Source: Chrysomallon squamiferum
Lineage: Eukaryota > Animalia > Mollusca
Direction of reading: 5' to 3'
Length of the DNA: 64,000 nt
Assembly: GCA_012295275.1 (NCBI GenBank)
Contig: CM022670.1
Location: 2,480,001-2,544,000 of the forward strand
Part shown: piece by piece, positions 11,301 to 26,151 of the stretch
Position numbering within the stretch: the first letter of the stretch is position 1
Layout of the letters: each line of letters begins with the position of its first letter
Made by a program: the position numbers and the translations under genes
The notes under the pieces: model-generated
Seen by the model: only the letters and a program-made list of their open reading frames with translations
The model's database searches: none
Told to the model about the DNA's origin: nothing

Positions 11301-13560
11301 TTTTCAATTTATTATTATTATTTTAAATGTTAGTTTTTCAAAATATCTTTGCTTTAGATGGGGAACCTCCAGATTTTTTATTTTTTATTTATTATTATTA
11401 TTTTTTTTTTTGGACCTTTAATATGAAATGAATTTCACTGAAAGAATAAATATATCACTGGCAAAAAAAAAAATCAGATCAGGAACCTTTTATGGTCAGT
11501 ATTTGTTAAAAAGGAAGAACAACTTTGTAAAAGTCAACCAATATCTGTTGATATTTGAATATCGTGTGATCAGTATAAAAACCTTTTTTTTGTTGTTGTT
11601 TTTTAATCTTGGGTAAAAGAACTAAAATCTAGTTAATTTTAATATAAATAAAATGTAATTACTAAAAACCGCACGATTAGTGTATACAATTTTTTTGTTT
11701 AACTTAAAGCAAAACAAATAAATCACAGATAATATAAAATACATGCAGCATATAATTATTTGGGTATTTTTTTTTTTTTTTATAAAATTAAAAAGGTTTT
11801 CCGCTGTAGAATAATATATACATGATATTATTGCTCTTTCGTTATGGTTTATTTTCCATCAAACCATTTACGAAGACCTATTGTAGGACATTAATTGTAT
11901 ACAGAAGAGACAATCAGCTGAAATTAACTCTTCATCAGGTGACAGCTCGATGCGAGGATGAGACTGATTCCACAAAAGAGAATTCAGCTGTTCCGCTGAC
12001 ACATTTATCCTCGACTTGTCAAAATCTAAACAAAAGATACATTTTACCTCCTATACAAGTTAAATACCGGTTATTAAATAAAAAAAACCAATTTCAGTTT
12101 CTTTTCAAGTATTGTCTACAGAAGAGGAAACATTTCCTTTTTTCTCTCTCCCTGTCTTTCTGATGGCATCTTTTGAAACTAAGGGTGATTTGCAAGCGTC
12201 CACTAGCTGTTGATGACAAACTCCAATTGATTCCAAATACATTATTGTTGTTCGCCTGGCCAAACAAGTGACCCGCGGAGATGATTTCCTTTAGACGGGT
12301 AATCATTGTTTTCCTCGTTTTCTCACTGACCATTCTATGCAAACTGCTCGGTCGGGGACAAGTTTTGCATTGTCCTGTCCAAATCACAATGACCAGTGTT
12401 AACCATCGTTGACCTTTTCCGGTTCATATTTTTTATTATTATTATTTTTTGTTGATATATATGTATTATTTTTCTGAAGCAGGTGCTTTTTGCACATGGG
12501 TTGTGAGATTCAAGGATGTAAAATGTATATATTAAAGGGTTTGGGAATAAATTATTTTTGTGTGGTTTTTTTTTTATTTTTTTTAGCTACTATTAAGGGC
12601 TGGGAAAATAAAATAGAACAAAACTTGTGACTGCCAAAAACAGAAAGTGACTTTTAGTATCGAGTTTCAATGCAAATGCAAATGGTAAGCTGTTAACATT
12701 TCGGTTTGATTAACGTTCCCTTGAACATACTTCTATATCAAGTTTATTTTATTTAATTGCTGCACATAGCTTTAGTTAATTTAATATATACGGTTTACAA
12801 GATATATATGACTAGAAGAAATGTGACGATCTACGTCTTTTTCTCTGAATTTATTTTCTCCGTTTCTTCTTCTAATTCCCTCTCTCTGTCTGTCTGTCCA
12901 TCGTTACCACTATTTCTATAACAACAACAGCAGCAGCAACAGATTTTTAAATGAATTTTAATTATCTTGATTGAAACATTTCTGAAACAGTTTCTGTGAT
13001 GTTGATTAAGACTGGTTCATAGTAAGATCGAATCCAAGTATTGGGTTCATCCCAGAATGAACTATGGCGACGTAAAACCTCTACACTATCTCTCCTTTCT
13101 AACATTCTCTAACTCAAAAATATGTACAACTCAGCACAAGCAATACGAGTCCACGAAGGCGTTCTTGAACCTGTTGCTGGTATTAAATAAATGATTGATT
13201 ATTTTTATAACCTCTGACTGTACATTTGGCCGTTTAAACATTTCTCAAAGCACGTTTTACCCTTTTATTAAAACGAAATATTTGATGGCCTCTTGAAGTA
13301 TATTCAAAAGTTGAAATATGAGCTGTAAACGCTGATATCATGTTATGCTGTCACTGAGATGTCAAGGAGGTTATTGTCCGTGGCTGTCCTATTTTCCTTT
13401 TTAATATTCTACTTAGATTTCATAGTCTCAATGCTTTAAGGCTGATAGTGTTGATGTTGAAAAATATTAAGTGTTCAAGACATTAAAAGTACATATATCT
13501 ATATATTATGTATATTTAAATGGATGGTTGGATAGACGTTTATGAGAACTTGTGTGTCTG

Positions 13561-13803
13561 AATGTGTATATGTATGTATGTGTGTAAATAATCTACCTAA
13601 GTACCTAGATATGAATGTATGTATGTATGTATGTGAGTAAATAATCTACCTAAATACCTAGATATGAATGTATGTATGTATGTATGTGTGTAAATAATCT
13701 ACCTAAATACCTAGATATGAATGTATGTATGTATGTGTGTAAATAATCTACCTAAATACCTAGATATGAATGTATGTATGTTTATTACAATAATCTACCT
13801 AAC
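13561..13803. repeat. Minisatellite, 49-53 bp unit, about 4.5 copies
   Basis: taaataatctacctaa(a/g)tacctagatatgaa(tgta)n recurs at 13585, 13638, 13691 and 13740, with a partial copy near 13788. Confidence 0.92.
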
Positions 13804-15979
13804 GTTAAATTTGTATTTTTCTCTTTCTTCTTTATTACAAGATACCGAATTTATTTTTGAAAAAAAAAAAATAATAATAATAATAATAAAGATGAATAAG
13901 ATAACTGAAAAATCCGTGATCTCTAAAAGACCCGGGGATCTGCAGTTTGTATGTGGCGAATGGGACATAATTCCCTGTGATGAGCACAAACAGGCTGTTT
14001 ACTAACGGGTCACACTTTATTAACTAACACACAAATCTCCCGTCTCAGCGACCCAGGACACCCCCACCCCCAGATGTACAGAGGCGGTACATCAGAGATG
14101 ACTTCGTCACACGATACCATTCAACACAATTCAAAAATTATCATCTTCATCATCGTCGTCGTCAAAGTGAAAAAAATTGACGTTTTCATCATACTGGAAC
14201 TTCTGCAATTATATAAGAGATGAAAGTGGTGGGGAATATTCTTTCAGGAAAAAATAATAAATAATAATAAAAAATGAATTTAAAAATATCAAAGAGATAA
14301 TTAATGGTCTGTCCCATTGTAGTGAAAGATATGATAGTCAAAGCGATGATGGCCATTTGCAAGATGTTCAGACAATGTACTGTGAATATACAATAGGTTC
14401 AAACGTTAATTATCACAGTTCTGGCTTGGATGATCAAAAATATGATGACCGAAGTGATACTAAATCTTGTATTATCTGTTGTAATTTTTTTGTCGCAGGT
14501 GGATCTAAATAAATGCAGTTGAGTTTGAGAAAAATGTATTTTGATAAAAAATATCTTAATATAGCACCATACACAGAATTCGCTGTTTAATCTTACAATA
14601 CGTGAATTTTAGGCAAATGTAGAAAATTAAATCGATGACTTTCCTTTTGGCAACGTCACTGGCTGTCATTGTTTAAAATTAGCTTTATCTGAAAAGCTTT
14701 ATGAAATATACGGGTAAAAAAAAAATACAATGAAAATGAGTGAAAAAAAGAGAAAAGAAACATTTTTAAATCGACAAGAAATGTGATTCGTTAGTTATTT
14801 AACAAAACCTTTTACACATTCAAAAACTCTGCCCTCCCATTTGAATATTATTTTCAAACACGTATAATCATGAGCTTAAACTCTGCATTGTCATTATTTA
14901 TAACTCTGCAATATATATTAAAAAATAAGAAGCATTTTGAGCTTTGCTGTGGGGAAATGTAATTCTTGAGAAAACTGAAGGCTGGATTTCGCAGACTAAC
15001 ACTTAACATGATATCAGAGTTGACAAATGCTGGGTCCAACGACTTCCTGTTCTAGCACGACATGTGTGAAAGTCCTTTGTGCATTAGCGGACGGCGAAGC
15101 GACACCTTTGTAAATTCCACCATTTGTTTGTTCACTGTAAGGTAAGCTTACATCTGCCGACGTGCACGCTGTACCAATGTGTTTTCGTCTCCTCCATAAT
15201 AGCGTCCTTCTTTATGTACATGACAGGTCGTATTGTTAAAATAAACACCAGCTTGATACCTCGATACTAAATTACCTTTTTCCAGTAATTGCATTATTTG
15301 AAATAGATTCCCATCCCGGTATTTTCCATGTATATATTTTCTTTGAATAATTGCAGCGAAGCAGATCCTTCTGAGTGAGAAGCGTGTACAGAAAGTGGTT
15401 CGCTTTCTTTGTGCGGATTTTCTTCAACAACACCGGTCTGACCTCGGCAAACTGTTCCGGCGCCGAGTATGTTGTTCCTCTCTCTCCGCTTAAATCAGTT
15501 CATTTTTATTTACATTTATACTGATACGATGATAATACATTAGAATCAGATACGTATAAGATGTTCGGGCAATGATCTGTCACACAGCGAAGTCTCACAT
15601 TACAAAAAACAAGTTTTGACTATTGTAGTAAACAGAATTAAAAAGAAAGGAAAGAAGAAGAAGATAAAATAAAAATGGAGAACTACAGTAGTTGGCAGCT
15701 ATGTGTGAAAGAATGACGTAGCAGTTTTTTTCTTTTATTAATTTCCGACGAGTCACCTAAATATTTTTGAATGTAAAATAATATCTCGAGATCTGAAATT
15801 AAATCTGGGGTAAAAGTTTGTGACAAATAGATATTAAAGACTGAGATGTCGTCACTAGATAGAGTGAAGTAGACTAGAAGAACAAAATTAATGGTTTACA
15901 GATTTAATCTTCATGTCATTTTGTGTCTGCGAGAGTATGTTTTATAAAGCTGTATAGACACATTATATTTGTGTTTTGT

Positions 15980-16064
<85 letters not shown>

Positions 16065-18425
16065 GAGAATTACAGTAACAAAACCTTTTCTAAAATGTTC
16101 GATAAACTTTACAACAGAAAACAACAACAGCAACAAACAAATTAATAAATAAATAAATAAACCTGACAAACAGGCATATATGTGGTTCAGCGTTGCCTCA
16201 AAGAGACAAGTTATACAATGTAACGATGATGATATAGACACGATTTATAATAAAACCATTATCACATATGTTATTATAACCTAACAATGACGACATACAA
16301 CTTACACAAAGTAACCATAATATATGCAAGCTATATAATGTAACCAAGATGATATATACAAGATATCCAATGTAAGGTACACACACACAACAAACATCAT
16401 ATGACAAAAATCAGGACACTGCAAAGAATATACCGTATTATTTAATGATAGTGAACACGTGTTATATCACAAAACAATAAATAAGTAATCATGGAAGCAA
16501 AAAATTATAAACGTTGCATGCACCGAAGACATATTCTAAACATACCATGCAGACTTGTAATTAAACGCACCATCTACAGCGCACGTAGAAAGGAAGGCAT
16601 AAAATAAATTTATAAAAATGTATGTGATGACTTGAAAGAAGAAATATTTCTTTACCAGATATTATTATTCTTTGATATTCTCGCCTATTCAGCTGGGAAG
16701 TAATATCAATGTTTTCACAGCAGATGCCGTTAAATCTTTGATGTGGAATCTCAGTCTGTTTGTTGGTTTATTAATTCCTCACCGTGTTTATTTCAATATC
16801 TAACACTCACCCTCAAGCCCTCTCTTTCTTAATTGGTATCTATTTTACTAGTTAATTATCTCTGTATATCTGTCTACTTATCTAATTATCATCTATCGAT
16901 TCACTGACCTATCAAAATCAACCTATCTCTGTTACCAAGCAGCAGCAATTTCCGATAACTTTATATCAATAAAATGTTGTTGTTTTTGTTTTTTTCATTT
17001 TTGAACGGTCAACTGCGCTAAATCATATTCATTTCAATTTATCAGCGAGTTTTCTTCCATTTACAATGGGTTATTCTGTGCAATTTCATGTCTACGTGTG
17101 AGAGACTTTCTGCTGGCACTGCATTTACAAACATGCACACGTACACTCATACATTTCTCCACAAAAACAAAGCTTACTCTCTTTTCAGCTGCAAAACGAT
17201 TATCATCAAGAACATTTTATATCAGCCCCATTAACACCGACTTAATAAAACTGATATATAAAAGTAATATTTTCTTGCAAATCATATCAAGGGCCATGGT
17301 TTAATGACTTCATTACTTTTCGTTTAGCCACTTCAGATTATACGTACCTATCGCGCCGACAAGAGAAACCGGTAAGTACAAATAAGAGTGGGCAACAAAA
17401 CCTAATGACGATATTAATGCGAAATTTGTTCGTGCATATGATCTCCTCATCGACGAATGCCGAATCAGAAAAGGACTCGGTCGGCTGTGATTTATTGCGC
17501 GTCGTAAAGTTGTCAAAGAAACTGACAGCGGCGATATCTATAAACACTGAAAATATTAACTTTGTCGACTTGCATTGCTAAATAAACAGAATATCATTTC
17601 TGAAAACGAGGGCATTTAGCGATACAAGGTCTTCCAAGCCTTGATCTATTGCGCGAAAGGGGAAGTAATTCTTTCCGATATTACTGCAGCGAAGCAAAAT
17701 GGTTGCCCGCTTCGCTGAGTTCATTCATAGAAGAAAAAAAGGGCTTTGTCGCATAAATAAAAGGAAAAATCATTGCCACGCTTCGAGCAGTAATGTCCAC
17801 TGTTATCCGGCGGTAAAATGAGCAATATCTTTTTGTTACCGCATTATGATTTATCCATTGTTTCGTTGGCTGCTCGCAATAAAAGGAATTGAAATATTAT
17901 CACATGTCTCGGGTCTGTTAATAGAATGGGCCTTCGGCATTTGGAAGCAAATTGAACGATGTCAAACCCATCTCTACAGAGCTAAATGAGATTTTTAGAA
18001 TTCTCGTTTGATCTGCAATAGAGTAATGTCTGAACCATTACATAAATACAATATAAGCACACTTGCCGGAAAGGCAATGTTTTTCTCACCTCCCGTCACC
18101 CTGAGTCATACGAAGACAAACCGCAAAACGAAATTAATGCGCTCTTAAAATAAAGTCCCATTATTTTTTCGCGCTGACGGCTAACGAAAAAAGCAATTTG
18201 ATCAGAAAATTGAAAATTATGTATTAATAGGTTTTAACAGCAAAAAGACCAGTGATGAAAAATATTACTTGTAGATGTTTTTGTTATCTTATACACTTCG
18301 GTTAATATAAAGTTTGTTTAATACGAGTTTGTCTTCAGGAAAAAGTCTGTCTGCAGAAATACAAGTCGATGGGTTGAGTACTCTTAGAGGTCGAACGATA
18401 AAATAAGGATAAGTACACACACACA

Positions 18426-18523
<98 letters not shown>

Positions 18524-18624
18524 GGATGTATGATTCCATGTGTACACATATTACAAGTACATAGAAATATTAACAAAAAGAGCAACTACCTAAACATGTA
18601 GTCACTTAGAAATCAAAACAGTGA

Positions 18625-18659
<35 letters not shown>

Positions 18660-20311
18660 CAATAAGAACAATAAGAACAATAATTACAATGTGAAAATAG
18701 TTCATTATTTCTTTCTTTCTTTTTTTTCCTTTTTTAATATTATATTGTGTGGCTATAACATTAATGCACGGATCTGTAGCTCCAATACAGTAAACAAAAT
18801 AAAAATAAATATTAAAATAAAATACAACAAAGCCAAACAATACCACCCCCTCCGAATAAAAAAGAGTAAAAAACAAATTACATCAAAAAACAAACAAAAA
18901 AAATAAAATAAAAAAAAAAAAAAAAAAAAAAAAAATAAAACATAAACACGCTTGCGAAGATAAATATTCAAAACAAAACCACAAAACTTTATATTTATTC
19001 TAGAAACATATAAAACAAGCTGTTTAACATTTATTTATTTAAACTGTACATTAAAAGTTCTCATACAAAAGTGAAGTGACTTTTCACTTAGCAGTCTAAA
19101 AACCATTTGTTTTTTTTTCCATATGTCATATTTACCTAACAACAAATCTGCGATTCAACCATCAGCAAGCAGACGACATGTTTATTTTTCCGTGTAGTGC
19201 ATTCAAGTCGACAATCTGGAATAAAACGATATTTTCTATTTTTAAATGTAAATACAGCAACTGCGAAAGCTCTTTGAAACGAAATCATTTTCCAGTATTT
19301 TACCATAAAGACTAGATTAAGTGAAAAATGTGAAAGTAATCAGTTTTCTTAACCTTATATAATTATGTAAACATTCTCTGCTTGATAACTCTTCAGGGAA
19401 ATGCACAGATGCAGAATGGTTGTTCCAATTGCAATCGCAGATCGCGCGCACTCCCTCACCGAGTGGAAAGGCAATGAACGTAACGTTTTCTTTAAAGAAG
19501 TTTACCGTCTCCGAAACAGATAAAGGCTTTTGCACTTGTATTTTAAATCTGCTGTTGCGAATTGAAGTGATTAGCGAGCTTGCCAGCTGTGGGCACTTTG
19601 TTGCTCTGTATGAGGCTGGATGGAAAACACAGATCATGCCGTCAAGGTATGGGAGATCGTTTGTGTCAAAATATGTATTACTACTGCTGACAATAATAAA
19701 GGAAAACTTAACTGAATCGTCCGGCTTCCTAGAAAATAAAGTGTCAGAGAATTGCATTAACAAAGAAAAGGCAAGAAGGCATGTTTTTTTTAGTATTCAT
19801 GGTTGAAGTATACGTGTTAGAACCCGCTACTACTGGTTCACTAGCTCAGCATGGAAGAACGTATCTGACACAGGCCCATCTATCAATAACCTATCATTTG
19901 AGTTTTTAAATTTCCGAATGAAAAATTCCTAAGTACGCAAGTACCAGTCCTTTTTTTTTTTTTTTTTTTCTTTTTTTTCCCATCTTTTTTTGCGGATATT
20001 CTATTACGACTACCACATAACTATTATTACTGTTATTATTACTAATGTAACAACAACGACGACTATTATTACTACTACCACTATCACTACCACCGCTACA
20101 TAATTATTATTATTGTTATTACTATTATTATAACAGCTATTACTACTACTACTACTAAAATTGTTAAAACTACATTGCTACTGCTCTGACTTTTATGAAA
20201 CTACTATTACAACAACTGCTACTACTGCTGTTGCCACTATCATGTTACTGCTACTGTGCTTTGAAATTTTACTTGTACTACTTTTACTACTATCGCTTTC
20301 TTCTGCTGCTG

Positions 20312-20367
<56 letters not shown>

Positions 20368-20575
20368 TTAGTTACGAATAAATAATTATTAGAAATAAAA
20401 CGTGTGACGAAACATTAAACACTGCTTTAATGAATCAATCTCATGTTGTTGGCTTTTTTTTGTTTTTGTTTTTTTTTGTTATTTTTTGGGATAGTTAATA
20501 ATAAAATAAAATAAAAACACAAACACAAAATCGTAACAGCACACTTTGTTTAATATTAGCGAGATATTTTCATAT

Positions 20576-20674
<99 letters not shown>

Positions 20675-21326
20675 TACATAACTAATAATAATGCTTCAGA
20701 CTGCTAGAAGTAAATTAATGAAGGGGATTTATTTATTTCGTAGAGGCAGATGGGACTGATAATGCATGTGTTTTCTTGTAAAATATTCGTTACAAAACAG
20801 GCTTGGGTAATATCCGATAAAGCATTAATACCTGGTTTGTTTTTTCAAGCCACTGAAAGAAAACAAACGGAACGGTTTGAAATAAATCAGCTTAACGCCG
20901 AACACGTGAGGTTACCGAGCCCATCCGCCGAGTGCTGCCGGAAAAACCAACGTCTTGTTCATTCGTTTTGCTTCGTTAAGTTCGTCACTTGGTTTTGTCA
21001 AGTCAAATTAACTGCGCGTTTTGCTGTCATTTTCTCTTGGGTGGCTGTAGGCATATGCTTACTGTATTTCAGATGAAAAAATGTGGAGAAAAAAGAAGTT
21101 TAAAAAAAATAAAGAAAAAGATAACGTGAGATAAAAAAAAGAGGGGGGGAAGAAAAAAAAAAAAAAAATAAAATATAACGATTCGGTCTGCAAACAGAAG
21201 ATTAGAGGATTTGAAATGTGATATTTATTACGACTGTTTAATGTATCCAGTGACGTCTGATTTTTTTCTTTGATTTTTTTCTTTTTTTAGAAAATGTCGG
21301 TGTAATAACGGTAGTTATTATAATTT

Positions 21327-21328
<2 letters not shown>

Positions 21329-21407
<79 letters not shown>
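21329..21407. repeat. (TAA)n microsatellite, representative (also near 5186, 45923, 49396, 55941)
   Basis: Directly visible. Confidence 0.97.
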
Positions 21408-21408
<1 letters not shown>

Positions 21409-23789
21409 ATACATATAAATAAATAATAAAAAACAATAGTAAAAACAAATAAAAAACAACATATAAAATATACAAGTGAAGGGAAAAAAAAAATATCAGG
21501 AGCAATAAACATCCTAAATAACTAAATACATAAAATAAAAAAAATAAAAATAAAATAAAATAAAAAAGAGAACCAAACAACAACAACAACAAAAAAAGCC
21601 TATAATGAAAATAACAAAATAAAATAAAATGATATAGGAACAATAAAAAAAAATTATAAGCCACTCTATCAATCTGAATTACATTTCAAGTAATGGACAG
21701 TATTTAAAAAAAAAAATCTTAAAAAAAAAAAAAAAAAAAAACAAATGAAATGTGAAAGATGAAGAGAAAAATGGAGAATAAAACATGATATCAAATTATA
21801 TTTCGATCGTAATCTTGCTAAAAATAAGTAATATTAGTAAAGGGGTTAAATATAATTAATCTATTCAGGGGCAAATCAAAGGTTTCAGAAAGGTGGGGAA
21901 TGGGTATGATTACTTTTAATGGTTAACCGAGTTTCATTTACAATTCAAAAAAAAATCAGTACACGAATAAAATAAAATAATATTAATAACAGTGTTGAAG
22001 ATGGTAATGATGCTGATCATAATAATGATAATAATGATGATGATAATGGTGATGATGATAATTATGCTGATAATGGTGATGATGATAATTATGCTGATAA
22101 TGATGATGAGGAGGATGAACTGAAAGATAACTCTTTTAAGTTTCAGTGCTTTAGAAAATATAATTTTATTTACCTTGTATATGCAAGAATTGTAGCAGTA
22201 AATTTTTCATTCATTTATTATTCAATGTCGAGTAAGGACTTTTATGTTCTTTACTCTTCTTAATTATTGCATTATTATTTTTTTTTTTTAAACATTGAAA
22301 GGCGAGTTTTATTTGAGTTTTACTGAAAAAGAAGTACTTACAGTTTCATAATTTTATGACTAAAGCTTTCATTAGCAAAGTCGGACATTTTGGTTTTACT
22401 CGTGCAGAATTAGACGCCAGAATTAATCAAAAGTTTATGGTTGGATGATTTCAGATGAATGTTATAATCCTGATTAAAATCTACTACAGGTCAATATTTA
22501 TTATAAATTCCATTCTGTTTGTCATTCAATTTATTGGAACATTAACTCCTCTTGAAAATTACGAATAAACTTTTGATTACTCTACATAGTAACTACAGCG
22601 CCGACTATCTTTTAAACAAGGGAGATAACGCAGTACTAAGAAGTCGAAAAAAAAAAAAAAAAAAAAAAATCCCAGAACACCAGTCTTGTTAACGTTTATA
22701 AGTAAAATTTAGCATAATTAATTCTGATACATAATCGTGCTGGAATATGACTTTCTTAATTCTTTCTAGACAGTCTACTAACACCCTAATTGTAACTAAG
22801 CCAACTACTTCTGAAATCTTAACTAATCCAGTAACGCTCTAATTTTAACTAATCCACTAATGCCGTAACAGTATTCGTTCTGTCGCTATGGTGTCAGGAG
22901 CCACAGACTGAAGAAATCGGTTATTTAAATTTCGTCGTTTGTCTGTCTCGTCTGTGTAAAGATCCACTAATTTATAAGAGTAGTGCATTCAGTGGCGAGT
23001 TTTCTCTCTCAGATTATCATTAAATAAAATCTCTGCATTTGAAAGATAATAACCAACAAAATTAATATATGTATTGAGGCTTCGTTATCATTCTTCAAAA
23101 CGTACACGCACTCTTTCGCATAATATATATCCGTACACACACACACACACACACATACGCAAAACTCATACGGACACGCACGCGAAGACATACGCTTCTA
23201 ATTATATATAATAAAACATTAAAAAAGTAGATGTTGACTCGCTAAAAAAAAAAAAAAAGATTCACTTTGTGGAATTTCTCATGATGATTTATTACATTTA
23301 TTATATTAAAATATGAAGTTCATAATTAAACAGGGTTCTGTAAATAACTCTATCTCTCTCTCTTAATGTATTTCAGCCATTTCTTAACGTAAAGACGGAG
23401 TTATTTATGACCGCTTGTTATTAGAAATATCACGTATATTTACCTTTGCAAATACTGCGAGAGCCGGAAGGGTGAGGAAACACTGAGCATGATGACAGCA
23501 TAATACCAGGAAATCTGCTACGTACACATAAACAAGTAGCAGATTCAAAGCGTAGAAAAAACTTATCTTTACAACATCTACAAATGTAACGTTTCATTAA
23601 AACATTTATTATGACGAGTCGGCCATGTGTTTTCTTTATGAGTTTGATATTGGTGATAATCAATATTTATGTAACAGCGCGTGTAATACGAAATACTTAC
23701 TCCATCATTCAACGCGACACACGAAGTTATTTAGAAGAAAAAAAACAAAAAATCAAGCAAGAATGTCAAAATTTTAAATGAAATGGTTT

Positions 23790-24106
23790 TAGGTGCGGAT
23801 GAAAGAGAGGGAGGTTCGGGGGAATTAGGCCCGCTAACTTTGTCTCTTCCTCTCTGTCATCAAGAAACGAAGGTAAACATACATACATACGTACGTATGT
23901 ACACATAGACACACATATCCATACGTACCACACATATACATACATATAAAAATATATAAATACATACATATATATACATACATACATACATACATACATA
24001 CATAAAGACACATACATATAGATTCTACTTCTTCAAACGCTAGGTGAGGCACCTTTTATAACGAGCCTAACGCATCCCCTTGTAAAAATCCTTGGATCGG
24101 CGCCTG
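23790..24106. mobile_element. Decayed MITE-like element with imperfect terminal inverted repeats and an internal (TACA)n tract
   Basis: Left end taggtgcggatgaaag plus a G-rich run; right end cccctt...ccttggatcggcgcctg (reverse complement caggcgccgatccaagg). Related end-like fragments occur near 21866 and 57463-57577. No clear target-site duplication. Confidence 0.45.
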
Positions 24107-26034
24107 AACTTTAAAATCCAAATTTCTGTTCATGTATCTTGAACCAAAAAATACACAGAGACACACACATCGCTTTGTGATGTATTGCAGAAAAAGAAAA
24201 CTCGTATACTTTCTTTCACGTTAAAAAAAAAAAAAAAACTAATAAAAAATTAAAAATTAAAATAATAATAATAATGGCTAACCATCTGGACTTTTTAAAA
24301 CTGTATGACGTGTCTACTTTTCTTTAAGCGTAACTCAAGATAAAAATTTACAATTCTCTTCCAAACAGCTGGGCAGCAATAAATATATATGTTAACCTTA
24401 ACGGCCTCATTATAAGCGAAAATAACGACAAACATTTCTTCCTATCTGAAGAACTTTTATCTTACGCCGAAAAAGCTCGCATCTTTTCAAAGCGCAAATA
24501 TCTACTCAAGAATTATTTATTATATATCGAATAACGGTTAAAGTTTTTCTCTTCTTTATTACTTCTTCTATGAAACTGAAGTAAAAATCTTACTCTTTCT
24601 TCTTATCATTTCCCCCCATTGACATTTTGGTGTTTTTTTCTGCCGGTTTTAATGCCCCGAGAGCAATAGGTTACTATAAATTTGCAACCAAAGAGTATTG
24701 TGAGTATTTTTAATGTGGAAACCATGCTGCGTACGCCGTGAACCAAAGGTGAATAAGAAAAAAAAAAAAAAAAAATAGTTTAAACATTTGGTTTACATAT
24801 TATTAGTAAAAGGAAATTCTAAATGCTTTACACTCGTAATTTGTGGTAGTATGAGGATTTATATAATGACAGAGCAATATATTTTATTATTAACAGTATT
24901 GGGTTTCAAGCTTGTGATTTATTTTTTATAAAAGAAACTCATTACACTTTATCGTTTACTATTACAGATTAAGCAAAAGAGTGATATATATATATGTATA
25001 CAGACACGCGTTTTTTCATATGCGGTAAAAAAAATCTAACTAATTCTTTGATAAACAAGCTGTGGAACAGTGGTTGGAACGAGAAATAACTCTATGGTTG
25101 TATAGGATGACGTATTCAATCCCAAAATACCTTACATCAGTCATAAGCGATCGAGTTAAAATAAAGGCTAGTGCTGAAGGAAAAAACATTTCTAAGTTAT
25201 ACATTCCAACGACTTTATGTCCAAATTAAAACGGAGTTTGTTCAACGTTAGTAGATAGTTCGGTATTATCTGAGATTTGAGGATTCTAAGTAACACGCAA
25301 AAGCAAAGGTTCAACAATAATGACATATTCATGCACAATATATATATATATATATTGCTTCTTTAATTTCAACCTTTAAAATTTGAATGAAAGTGTGGTG
25401 CCGCCTCTGGGTTCCAGACGAGAATCTGACGAGACTGCTCAGATGTAGCTCAATACCCGCTACTAATATTCATCTAACATTGTTTTAAGTAGAATAATAA
25501 CAGACAGAAAATTCATCCGCGCAAATCACAGTGAGGTTTCAGCGATTGTCCTCTACGTCACTTTAAGCTTCGTAGCCGTTTTAATTTCATTCATATTCGT
25601 GACTGTTACGCTTAATTCATTGCGTTAGATTAGGTACAGTAAAATAAATAATCCGAGTAGTTTTAATTTGACTGAGTTATTAGGTGCACAGTTTATTTAT
25701 TAATTGTATTATTTTATCTGTAAGTGTATTTTCTCTCTGGTTTTGCGACACGGTGCAGCAACATAAATCTACCTCGTGTTTCACCAATAGAACGCGCCCA
25801 CAAAGCGACTCCAAATGTAATCTGTTTCCGTGATTTACTTTATTTCACAAAAGAAATTCGAAACTTTTTAAATTGAAAGGGAAATAAATGCGTTTGTTAT
25901 TCCTCCCAAGGAGAATGATTTATTAATTTAACTGAAATTAATTTAATCTGACAATACTAAATTAAGTGAATATAGTAATTTATTTTATTTTATTAATGCT
26001 ACATACCTAGATTGCTAGTAAAAAAGGTTAAAAT

Positions 26035-26151
<117 letters not shown>

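Noticed and set aside
13561-13803. Regularly spaced repeats resembling a CRISPR array
   Set aside because: The intervening sequence is (TGTA)n rather than unique spacers. The context is eukaryotic and there are no cas genes.
19317-19806. Overlapping 148-aa and 128-aa ORFs on opposite strands
   Set aside because: No recognisable domain, non-ATG starts and no convincing splice boundaries. More likely a non-coding unique island.
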